The notes below the pieces were generated by a model. It had not been told where the DNA came from, searched no databases, and saw only the letters and a list, made by a program, of their open reading frames with translations. From Candidatus Dormiibacterota bacterium (GTDB lineage: Bacteria; Chloroflexota; Dormibacteria; Aeolococcales; Aeolococcaceae), in contig CAVYGR010000003.1 of NCBI GenBank assembly GCA_963768105.1, positions 331,848 through 395,847 of the forward strand: a stretch of DNA of 64,000 nucleotides, given 5' to 3'. Of the stretch, positions 54,627-62,426 are shown one piece after another. The translations under genes were made by a program, and so were the position numbers. Numbering within the stretch: the stretch's first letter is position 1; each line of letters opens with the position of its first letter.

Positions 54627-54700
54627 CGGGGAGTAGCTCAGATGGTTAGAGTACTGGTCTGGGGGACCAGGGGTCGCAGGTTCGAGTCCTGTCTCCCCGA
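54627..54700 (+). tRNA. tRNA-Pro (anticodon GGG)
   Basis: Hand-folded cloverleaf. Acceptor CGGGGAG/CTCCCCG, D arm GCTC..GAGT, anticodon stem CTGGT/ACCAG with loop CTGGGGG, T arm GCAGG-TTCGAGT-CCTGT, discriminator A. No encoded CCA. Confidence 0.9.
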
Positions 54701-54824
54701 CGGACGCGCAAGTTGATCTCAGTGCAGGGATTTCCAGTGCCATCCATTTGGCTCAATCCTGCGGGGACTAGCCCTCATCTTCGGATTGATGACTTTGCCA
54801 GCAAAACGTATCATACTTTCCAGT

Positions 54825-55823
54825 ATGAGCACCACGATCGATGGACACCTGAAGCCGCTGCGGCAGCGCGCTCCCGCCAGCCCGCCGCCGACCAGCAGGA
54901 GAGTCTCCATCGACCGCTGTGTCGACCTCATGGCGACGCGCTATCAGTGGGCCGACACCACCCGAGTCAACGCGCGCGACTACCTCGCCCGTGGTCGTTT
55001 CCTCGCCTTCTGCAATGCCCGGGGCATCGAGACCGTCGACCAGCTCAGCAATGAGGCGGTGCTCGACTTCATCGGTGATGTCCGCGACCGCGTGGGTGTC
55101 AGCCGCAACACTTTGCGCCGCTACCGCAACTACCTCCGGCGGCTTGCTGACTTCTGTGCCACCACGCCTGGGTTCGAGAATCCCTACTTCACCTCCAGCG
55201 CCGTGCCGAATGCTCCGAAGGAACCGCGGCGAAGGCGCTCCGACGCGCTGACCCACAGCGAAGAGCAGGCCCTGGTCGCCGCCCTCGTCGGACATCGCCG
55301 TGACAGTCTGATCGTCCGCGTGCTGTTGGCATGCGGCCTGCGCGTGAGCGAGCTCTGCGCGCTCTGCGTGGATGACGTGAAACTCACGGCTCGGCCGCCG
55401 CGCATACTCGTGTCCAAGGGACACCGTGACATGACCAAGAGTGGCGTCGATCGCCAGGTGACCTTCCGACAGCCCTACGCTCGGGAACTGGTCCGTGACC
55501 TCGAAGCGTGGATCGACCGACACCGGCCGGCGTCGCTCCACCCCGATCTCTTTATCTCGGAACGGAGTTCTTCAGGCGAACCAATCACCGTGACCGCGGT
55601 CCAGCAGATGCTGCAGCGAGCTTCGCTGCGTGCCGGACTTCGACCCATCCATCCACATCTCCTTCGGCGCACGTGGGCGACGCGCCTCGCCGACGCCGGC
55701 GCCACGGTAACGGACCTCATGCAGCAGGCTGGGTGGAGCAGCATCGAGATGGTGACCGTTTACTACGCCGGGTCTGAGGAGCGCGCGATCGAGCGGGTCG
55801 CGGGTCTGCGCGTCGAAGGCTGA
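54825..55823 (+). CDS. int: tyrosine-type site-specific integrase
   Basis: C-terminal catalytic region LACGLRVSEL...HPHLLRRTWATRL...GWSSIEMVTVYY (R..HxxR..Y). Start could be 54786, 54789 or 54825. Confidence 0.9.
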   Translation: MSTTIDGHLKPLRQRAPASPPPTSRRVSIDRCVDLMATRYQWADTTRVNARDYLARGRFLAFCNARGIETVDQLSNEAVLDFIGDVRDRVGVSRNTLRRYRNYLRRLADFCATTPGFENPYFTSSAVPNAPKEPRRRRSDALTHSEEQALVAALVGHRRDSLIVRVLLACGLRVSELCALCVDDVKLTARPPRILVSKGHRDMTKSGVDRQVTFRQPYARELVRDLEAWIDRHRPASLHPDLFISERSSSGEPITVTAVQQMLQRASLRAGLRPIHPHLLRRTWATRLADAGATVTDLMQQAGWSSIEMVTVYYAGSEERAIERVAGLRVEG

Positions 55824-55846
55824 TCGCGCGTTGGGTTCGCCGACCG

Positions 55847-56131
55847 TTATCCGTCGGTCAACGCAAACCCGACATCTAGGGTTGGCTGCACGTTCGCGAG
55901 CGCCTCGAGGAGGAGTCGAGCGGTGCGTAGCCGCACCGGCTTGCCGTGCAGGGCGTTGTACGACGTTCCACGACTGACGCCGGCTGCGTCGGCTAGGGCT
56001 TCGGCGGTCAGCCCTCGAGCGAGCATTGCTGCACGAAGGTGCCTGGTGTTGAACGACTGACCGACCCCGTCCCAGATGCGTCGCGGCTCTCGCTCTTGCG
56101 AGGGACTCGAACTTTCGACAGAGGCTGGCAT
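55847..56131 (-). CDS. XRE-family helix-turn-helix regulator
   Basis: LRAAMLARGLTAEALADAAGVSRGTSYNALHG is an HTH_3-like segment. The conserved 24-nt motif lies 35 nt upstream. Confidence 0.78.
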   Translation of the reverse strand: MPASVESSSPSQEREPRRIWDGVGQSFNTRHLRAAMLARGLTAEALADAAGVSRGTSYNALHGKPVRLRTARLLLEALANVQPTLDVGFALTDG

Positions 56132-56165
56132 TGGAGCGCTGATAGGGAATGAGTTTATCCGGTTT

Positions 56166-56189
56166 GTGCTTACGCAGCGCTTACACTTC
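56166..56189. promoter_or_regulatory. copy 1 of a conserved 24-nt element motif (GTGCTTACGCAGCGCTTACACTTC)
   Basis: 18/24 identical to copy 2. Contains GCTTAC twice, 11 nt apart. Upstream of the XRE gene. Confidence 0.45.
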
Positions 56190-56201
56190 GCCGAAAGGCC
56201 A

Positions 56202-56669
56202 TCACCGTCGCAGTGTCTGCTCGCACCTCGTCGTCGCGGTCACGTCAAGCGTGATCACGTCGAGGGGTGGCGCGTCACGATGCGTGCTCAGACACCGCTG
56301 AGCGATGTGTCGAGCGGATTCTGTGTTGACTCTGTGCAGGGCCTCACTCCATCGGATTGCCGAGCTCGGGTCGGTGGCCAGATCGGTGCGGAGGGCAACG
56401 TGCCAGCGACGGAGCGACTGCATCTCGAACACCAGCCCTTCGTGGCGATACCAGCAGCTCGGCCAACGCTCGGAGAGGTCGAACGCCATCGCCACCCAGT
56501 TCACCCAGGCTGCGAGTGAGGCCAGCTCGACGCTCTCCTGGTCGCCATACGATGGCGGAACGATCGCGTCCGCGACAACGGACGCGGCGGAGTGCTCGGC
56601 TGCCTTGAGCAGTCGGTCTCGCGCCTCGGCCTCGGACGTGGTGAGAGGACGCTCACGTTCGCCCGTCAC
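56202..56669 (-). CDS. DUF4913-like conjugative-element protein
   Basis: The Trp/Cys pattern LAAWVNWV...ERWPSCWYRHEGLVFEMQSLRRWHVAL resembles the recalled DUF4913 signature. GTG start at 56669. Confidence 0.55.
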   Translation of the reverse strand: MTGERERPLTTSEAEARDRLLKAAEHSAASVVADAIVPPSYGDQESVELASLAAWVNWVAMAFDLSERWPSCWYRHEGLVFEMQSLRRWHVALRTDLATDPSSAIRWSEALHRVNTESARHIAQRCLSTHRDAPPLDVITLDVTATTRCEQTLRR

Positions 56670-56781
56670 TCAGGCTGTCGACCAGCCATCGGCGGGCATC
56701 TGCAATGAAGCTGTCGATCCCTTCAAGGCGAAGCTCGATCGCCGCCAGCCGTCGCTCCGCCTCGTCGGCTCGCGCTGTCAT
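56653..56781 (-). CDS. candidate 42-aa coiled-coil ORF
   Basis: ATG at 56781 overlaps the stop of the upstream gene (ATGA). Translation: MTARADEAERRLAAIELRLEGIDSFIADARRWLVDSLSDGRT. Not in the ORF track. Confidence 0.25.
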   Translation of the reverse strand: MTARADEAERRLAAIELRLEGIDSFIADARRWLVDSLSDGRT

Positions 56782-57143
56782 GGGGTGAGTTCTCCGGGGG
56801 CGAGCGACGCCTCATACTCCAGCTGGGCTGCTTCGAGCATGGCGTCCACGGTTGGCGTGATGACGCCAGCAGTCGTTCTGCTCTCGACCATCTTGCGCAC
56901 GTCGGCCGCCTTGGCCTGACCCACATCGTCCGCGGCGCGCCGGATCAACGCATGTGCCGCGTGCTCGGAGACGCCCATGTCACGCAGCCACCCCTCGAGG
57001 CGACGACCCTCTCGCTCAACGAACTGGTGGTCGATCTCCAATGTCGCATCCACCCAGGTCGCGTCCTGAGGAAAATCAGGTACGCCGAGCATCTCGAGCA
57101 GGGCTCGTTGCGCGTCGGTCGCGCGGCGCTTCGAGGTTGGCAT
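56778..57143 (-). CDS. hypothetical element protein
   Basis: Protein-like sequence from ATG 57143 (or 57176): MPTSKRRATDAQRALLEMLGVPDFPQDATWVDATLEIDHQFVERE... It overlaps the relaxase 3' tail. Confidence 0.45.
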   Translation of the reverse strand: MPTSKRRATDAQRALLEMLGVPDFPQDATWVDATLEIDHQFVEREGRRLEGWLRDMGVSEHAAHALIRRAADDVGQAKAADVRKMVESRTTAGVITPTVDAMLEAAQLEYEASLAPGELTP

Positions 57144-59721
57144 GGCCGGCCGTACGGTCACGGTCTGCCTGCTCATATCGATCGGGATAGTCGAGCGCCG
57201 ACTCCTTCTCCTCGCTGCGGCTCCAGGAGTGCACGGTTCGTTCCTCTGCGCTTGGAGTGGGCTCCTTCCAGTGCATGATCCCGAGCGGGTCTCGCTCACG
57301 TGGCGTCGCCACCTCGTAGTGATGCGTGGCGAGGGTGGCCCTCGACATCGCCGTATACGTCCACTCGCGGCTGGCGCCATCCGAACCCACCACCATCGCG
57401 ATGTCCGCGGTCATGCCCTGGGCCTTATGGACGGTGAGGGCGTAGCCGCGGTCGAGAGCGTCGTATTGCCTGGTATCGATGGTCACCTGACCGTGGTCCG
57501 GACGCTCGAGGGTGAGCGTGCCCCGTTCAGGATCGACGCTGGTGACGACGCCACGGGTGCCGTTGCGTACCCCGGCGTGACGATCGTTGGTCAGGCAGAC
57601 GATCCGGTCGCCCGCCTGATAGTCCTTGTCTCTCACGCTCAGCGCCGGTCCGTGCACGCGTCCGTCCTCCACGGCCCTGGCACGGGCGAGCTCGTTGAGA
57701 GTCTCCACCTCGTCCCGGCGGCGGGCGAGCATGATCGCGTCGAGGCCGCTGGCGCTCAGAGCGCTGTGATGCGCGACCACCTCCGCCCGACGCTCCGGTG
57801 CCGACGGTGCAATGTGGACCCGGTCGTGTCGCATGTACTCGCGGTACGCCGCGCGCGCTTCGGCGTCGCGCAGGAGTGCGAGCGTCGCCCGTTCCCACGG
57901 ATCGACCTGGCGGATGTTCTCGGTGAGCTCGACCTTGCCGATGCGCTCGCCAAGGGTGCGCAATGGCGCCCCGGCCTCAATGGGCTGCAGCTGTTTGGGG
58001 TCGCCGACCAGCACCAGCTTGGCGTCGTCCCGCGCCGAGAGCGAGACCAGCTCGGCGAGCTGGCGGTCGCCGAGCATCCCGGCCTCGTCCACGACGAGCA
58101 CACCCCCAAAGGGGAGGTGGTCCATCTGCAGTTCGTTGAGCATCCCCGCCACCGTCCACGACGGGATGGCCGATCCCTCCTCGAGCCCCTGGGCCGCCTT
58201 GCCGGCCAGCGCACAGCCGACCACCTGAATGCCGCTCGCCTGCAGGGCTTCGCGGCACGCCTCCAGCGCATACGTCTTGCCGACCCCCGCCGCGCCCTCG
58301 ATGACCACGACGCCGGCGGACGTGCGGCAGACGGCATCGACCATCGTCCGCTGATCGCGGGTCAGCGTCGGCCGCGATGCAACGGCCGCCGCGACGTGCG
58401 CATCGCTCGCCACACCGACGTCGGCGTGTGCCCGCTCCTGGGCGGTGCTGAGCATCCGCTCCTCGAGGAGGAGCATCTCCGGCGTGGTGTACCGGAGGTC
58501 GCGGCCGGACTCGATCCAACGCGTGATCGTGTCGCCCTCCACCTCGCCGTCGTGCGCGGTGGGGAGCAGCGCCACCACCGCGTCGCGGTCGGCCAGGATG
58601 GCGTCGGCCGTCGCCTCGATGCGACTCCGGCTCATGCCCAGGGGTGCGTGCGCGGCGATGCCGCGGATCAGGTCGCGGCGCGTGAAGGTTGCCGATTGGG
58701 CGGTGAGTCCGTGGACACCGAGGATCTCGATGGGATCGCGCACGTCGAGCTGGCGCGGCAGCAGAGCATCGGGTTCGCGGTGCATCAGGTCGCGCATGCT
58801 CGCGCTGTCGAGTCCGACGCTGCCCGCCCGCTCACGCCATCGTGCGAAGAGATCCTCGGTGGCAGCGATCTCGTGCTTGCTCTCCCGGGTGTCGAGCGTG
58901 GCCACCTCCCGGCCGCTGGCCGACTCGATGGCCATCGCCCTCGCCGCGGCGTCGATCTGCTGGGACCGCCGCGAGAACTCGCGGCGCTGCGCCTCCGTGA
59001 TCCCGACGATGGCGAAGTACCCCTTGCCGTCGACCACGGTCGAGATCCCCAGTTCTCGCACGAGGCGGTCGCGCCACTCCGCCTGTGCGATCGCGCCGGC
59101 CGCGGCAGCGTGGCGGTACACGGGCTCGCTGTACAGCTGCCCCCAGGTGCCGTCGGGCCGCTGCGCCCAGTTGGGCACCGTCAGGTGGGTGTGCAGCTGT
59201 GGATCGACCGTGACAGTGCCGGTGGCCGGATCGGTCACGGGACGCGCGGTGCGGTGCACGAACTCGGCCATCACCAGGCGGGCGCGCACCGGTTCCGCAC
59301 GCTTGCTCTCGGGGTTGAACTGCCGCGCCCAGCCGGCGTGCGCCTGGAGGTACTCGGCGGCAGCGCGCACGCCCTCGTCGTGGATGCGCAGGATGGTCGC
59401 GCGAGTGTGGTCGTCGCCGAGCGCGTAGAGGATGCTCACGTCCTTGGGTGCGGACACGGCGACGTCGAACGCGACCACGTGCTGGCGCGACCAGTGGCGT
59501 CCCAGATCCTCCGCGGTGGTCGGGTGCTTGCCGCTCAGGACCGCGGCGAAGTCGGTGTCGGTGACCTCGCCGCGCAGCCCAAGCGCCTCCGCCCCGAGGC
59601 CCCGCCAGCGGCCCGGCGACTCGCCGCGGGCGGTGAAGTACTCGAGCTGCTGATCGGCCACGGCCTCGCGCAGGTAGCGAACCGCCTGCTCGACGCTGGT
59701 GAGTTTGCCGATGGAGATCAC
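57076..59721 (-). CDS. MobF-family relaxase fused to a RecD-like helicase (TraA/TrwC type)
   Basis: GTG at 59721 with GGAGGC SD. N-terminal relaxase region (YLREAVADQQLEYF, FDVAVSAPKDVS, DPQLHTHLTVPN). C-terminal helicase (EGAAGVGKTY, VVDEAGML, VGDPKQLQP, HKAQG). Confidence 0.9.
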   Translation of the reverse strand: MISIGKLTSVEQAVRYLREAVADQQLEYFTARGESPGRWRGLGAEALGLRGEVTDTDFAAVLSGKHPTTAEDLGRHWSRQHVVAFDVAVSAPKDVSILYALGDDHTRATILRIHDEGVRAAAEYLQAHAGWARQFNPESKRAEPVRARLVMAEFVHRTARPVTDPATGTVTVDPQLHTHLTVPNWAQRPDGTWGQLYSEPVYRHAAAAGAIAQAEWRDRLVRELGISTVVDGKGYFAIVGITEAQRREFSRRSQQIDAAARAMAIESASGREVATLDTRESKHEIAATEDLFARWRERAGSVGLDSASMRDLMHREPDALLPRQLDVRDPIEILGVHGLTAQSATFTRRDLIRGIAAHAPLGMSRSRIEATADAILADRDAVVALLPTAHDGEVEGDTITRWIESGRDLRYTTPEMLLLEERMLSTAQERAHADVGVASDAHVAAAVASRPTLTRDQRTMVDAVCRTSAGVVVIEGAAGVGKTYALEACREALQASGIQVVGCALAGKAAQGLEEGSAIPSWTVAGMLNELQMDHLPFGGVLVVDEAGMLGDRQLAELVSLSARDDAKLVLVGDPKQLQPIEAGAPLRTLGERIGKVELTENIRQVDPWERATLALLRDAEARAAYREYMRHDRVHIAPSAPERRAEVVAHHSALSASGLDAIMLARRRDEVETLNELARARAVEDGRVHGPALSVRDKDYQAGDRIVCLTNDRHAGVRNGTRGVVTSVDPERGTLTLERPDHGQVTIDTRQYDALDRGYALTVHKAQGMTADIAMVVGSDGASREWTYTAMSRATLATHHYEVATPRERDPLGIMHWKEPTPSAEERTVHSWSRSEEKESALDYPDRYEQADRDRTAGHANLEAPRDRRATSPARDARRT

Positions 59722-59742
59722 GCCTCCGAGCGTACTGGTAAA

Positions 59743-59766
59743 GCGCTCACAGATCGCTTACACTTT
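59743..59766. promoter_or_regulatory. copy 2 of the conserved 24-nt element motif (GCGCTCACAGATCGCTTACACTTT)
   Basis: 21/24 identical to copy 3. Lies 21 nt upstream of the relaxase GTG, in the divergent intergenic region. Confidence 0.5.
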
Positions 59767-59899
59767 GGGTCGAAAACGGGGTCAAAACCGCAGGTGAAAG
59801 TGTGTGTGAGATATAGGCGTGGGGCGGTGCTGCAGGGATGCGGAGGGCGGAGCTGATGGGAGTGTCGGGTGACGGTGAAGCTGAGGAGTTGAGGTGGTG

Positions 59900-60691
59900 A
59901 TGGCGGTGGAGATGGTGATGCCGGCGACGCTGCAGGGAGTGGCGGGGCTGGAGCGGGACTGGGAGGGCCCGGGTCCCCGCTTCGTCCAGATCACCGCGCG
60001 CTTCCACAACCGCTGTGGCGGCTGCGGCGGTGACGCGCCGGTCGGCACCCGCATCACCTACGACCGGCTCGAGCGCCATCCGTACCACCCGGGATGCGCG
60101 TGGGTTGCGATCGAGCAGCCGCCCTGGCTGATCCCCGTCCTCGCCGGCGATGCGCCGGCCCCCGGGCAGGTGATCGCGCATCCCAGCTACGGCTGGCTCG
60201 TGTGCGTGCGTGTGGCGGGGCGGACGTGGGCGGACAACGGCGTGAGCGCTGGGAGTGTCGTCGGCGTGGCCGCTCGGCGTGCGCTCCCCGAGGAGATCGA
60301 GCTGGCGCAATGGCGCGCGTACGCTGGCATGGGCGATGAGGCCGAGTGGTCCTGGCTGCAGCCCGAGCACGTGGGCGACATCGCGGAGTCCGTCGCCGAG
60401 TTCACCGGCTGGCCGATCACGCGCATCGCGCGCGAGCCCGCACAGTTCGTCGCGCCTCACCCCGGCGGGCTGTTGGTATTCGGCGAGGTCACCCCGCTCG
60501 ATGAGACCGAGCGCTGGATCGCCGCGGATCCCGAGGAGCGCTCGCTGTATCAGCGCGGCTATCGCTGGTGCCGCTGCTACTCGGTGCAGTGCCTTGCCGG
60601 CGAGGAGGGCCACGTCCACCTCGGCTCGGTCATTCCCGTGACACGCACCCAGTTCGACGCGGCCAACCAGCGGGGCTGGTCGCTGCACTAA
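59900..60691 (+). CDS. hypothetical Cys-rich protein, divergent from the relaxase
   Basis: ORF 59894-60691. An ATG at 59900 follows GAGGAG/GAGGTGG. RFHNRCGGCGG...HPYHPGCAW suggests a zinc site. No family recognised. Confidence 0.55.
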   Translation: MAVEMVMPATLQGVAGLERDWEGPGPRFVQITARFHNRCGGCGGDAPVGTRITYDRLERHPYHPGCAWVAIEQPPWLIPVLAGDAPAPGQVIAHPSYGWLVCVRVAGRTWADNGVSAGSVVGVAARRALPEEIELAQWRAYAGMGDEAEWSWLQPEHVGDIAESVAEFTGWPITRIAREPAQFVAPHPGGLLVFGEVTPLDETERWIAADPEERSLYQRGYRWCRCYSVQCLAGEEGHVHLGSVIPVTRTQFDAANQRGWSLH

Positions 60692-60746
60692 CCGCCCGTG
60701 TGTCCCGGGTGGGATGCGTCGTCAGGGGCGCGGCGTGTGCTGACGT

Positions 60747-61066
60747 CGCGGAGTCCGCGACGCTCGCGGGAAGCGCGAGCTCCGCGACAGTGCATCAATG
60801 CGCGGATCTCGCGAGGTACGCAAGATGCGCGATGTAGGCGATGGCAGCGGCACGCGCGAGACACGCGAGATGCGCGAGACGCGCGAGACATGCGTGATTG
60901 GCGGTGTCCGCAAGATCTGCTGAACGCGCGCGGTCCGCGAACCACGCGACACTCGCGAACGATGCGACATTCGCGAACGACGCGAGATGCGCGGAGTTCG
61001 CACCGTTGAGTCGATGCGCGCGACGAGCACCCGGCGCGGAACACGCGGGACGGGCTGCAGGCGCGA
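60747..61066. repeat. about 36 phase-locked tandem 9-bp repeats (nnCGCGAnn); candidate centromere/iterons
   Basis: Hand count: 21 of 36 consecutive 9-nt registers carry exact CGCG[A/G], and 9 more are within one mismatch. Example: cgcgcgaga cacgcgaga tgcgcgaga cgcgcgaga catgcgtga (60853-60897). Confidence 0.85.
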
Positions 61067-61157
61067 CATCAGCAGTGTGCGAACGATGCCCTCGACGCGC
61101 ACTTCGGCGATCCGGCGACCCATGTCCGGCCAGCGCGCAGCCGCGCGGCAGCGCGGG

Positions 61158-61505
61158 TCAGATCGTGTGGTCTGTGGGGTCCTGGGGCTTGGTGCCCAGC
61201 GCCCCGACGGGACGTCGGAGGCTCGCCTTGCCGGCGCGTGCCGGGAATGGCTGCCCGCGCTCGTGCTCCAGGTCATCGACCGCCGCAGCCAGCGCCTTGG
61301 TCGCGAGAGCGGTCAACGTCAGCCCCGGAGTCCAGTACACGGCGTTGCGGGCGCGTTCGAGTACCTCGGGGTCGAGCGACACGCCGACCGTGATCGCCCG
61401 CGCGGAACGCGGCACTTCCTGGTGCGCCGCCGGCCCTGTGGAGGAAGGTGGGAACACCGCAGCGAGGGGGTCGTCCCCCAGCGTGCTGCTACGCCGCGGG
61501 CGCAT
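61158..61505 (-). CDS. small partition-associated DNA-binding protein (RHH/ParG-like by resemblance)
   Basis: 115 aa, immediately downstream of and overlapping parA. ITVGVSLDPEVLERARNAVYWTPGLTLTALATKALAAAVDDLEHERGQPFP resembles recalled actinobacterial ParA-partner proteins. Confidence 0.55.
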   Translation of the reverse strand: MRPRRSSTLGDDPLAAVFPPSSTGPAAHQEVPRSARAITVGVSLDPEVLERARNAVYWTPGLTLTALATKALAAAVDDLEHERGQPFPARAGKASLRRPVGALGTKPQDPTDHTI

Positions 61506-62262
61506 GGCGCACCTCCTGCGCGATCACCTCGCAGGCTAGGCTGCGATAGTCGGCGGCGCCGCTGCAGCGCGGGTCGTACTGGGTGATGGGCTGCCCGAAC
61601 GACGGACACTCTGCGAGGCGCACGTTCTCGCGGATGACCGTGCTGCAGACCAGGTCGCCGAAGCGTCCGCGCAGGCGCTCCACCACCTCGGGACCATGCC
61701 GGGTGCGGGCGTCGACCCGGCACGCCACGATGCCGCTGACGCGCAGCCGCGGGTTGACGCGCTCACGGGCGGCCTCGACGCCGCGCAGCAGCTGCACCAG
61801 GCCGGCCATCGCCATGACGTGTGCCTCAACCGGGATGAACAGCTCCTCGACGCTGGCGAGGGCGTTGGCGGTGAGCGCGCCGAGCGCCGGCGGACAGTCG
61901 ACCACCAGGTAGTCCCAGCGGTCGGGGAGGTCGCCGATGAGCTGGGCGAGCCGCCCCTCCCCGGCGCGTATCTCGGCCAGCCTGCGCTCGGCGCCCAGGA
62001 GCCACATCGACGACGGCACGATGTCGAGCCCGAGGGTGCCGGTGTGGTGGACGGCATCGGACAGCCGCGCTCCACCGAGGAGGGCGTCGAGCAGCGTGCG
62101 CGATTCCGTGGGGGCGGCCACCCACGCCGAGGCGGACGCCTGAGGATCGAGGTCGATCAGGAGGACGCGCCGTCCGGTCTCGGCCAGCGCGGCGCTGAGG
62201 CTGACGGCGGTGGTGGTCTTGCCGGAGCCGCCCTTGTGATTGACGGTGGCGATGGTGCGCAT
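61489..62262 (-). CDS. parA: ParA/Soj-type partition ATPase
   Basis: Deviant Walker A NHKGGSGKTT, LLIDLDPQ, VVDCPP. Confidence 0.92.
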   Translation of the reverse strand: MRTIATVNHKGGSGKTTTAVSLSAALAETGRRVLLIDLDPQASASAWVAAPTESRTLLDALLGGARLSDAVHHTGTLGLDIVPSSMWLLGAERRLAEIRAGEGRLAQLIGDLPDRWDYLVVDCPPALGALTANALASVEELFIPVEAHVMAMAGLVQLLRGVEAARERVNPRLRVSGIVACRVDARTRHGPEVVERLRGRFGDLVCSTVIRENVRLAECPSFGQPITQYDPRCSGAADYRSLACEVIAQEVRHAPAA

Positions 62263-62291
62263 GGCGGCGATGCCTCCCAGATCGTCGGCCT

Positions 62292-62350
62292 CGCGAATCC
62301 CGCGAGAGTCGCGAACATCGCGGGATCCGCGGTGTCGCGAGGTTCAGCGA
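62292..62350. repeat. 5-7 copies of the same 9-bp CGCGA repeat upstream of parA (candidate operator)
   Basis: CGCGA at 62292, 62301 and 62310; CGCGG at 62319 and 62328 (all 9-nt steps); then CGCGA at 62336 and AGCGA at 62346. Confidence 0.7.
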
Positions 62351-62366
62351 CCACGATAGCGTCCGC

Positions 62367-62390
62367 GCGCTCACAGAGCGCTTACATTTC
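62367..62390. promoter_or_regulatory. copy 3 of the conserved 24-nt element motif (GCGCTCACAGAGCGCTTACATTTC)
   Basis: Lies between parA (104 nt away) and the SSB-like gene (36 nt away). Confidence 0.5.
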
Positions 62391-62426
62391 TATCCGGCAC
62401 GCGCCGTGCTCGGCTAGGCTGAGTCG

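Noticed and set aside
60688-61276. ORFs in several frames running through the 9-bp repeat array (SRVSR.., RDARD.. tripeptide-like repeats).
   Set aside because: Openness in all frames follows from the repeat composition. There is no start or SD context, no Gly-X-Y or other known tripeptide-repeat protein pattern, and the flanks are not protein-like.
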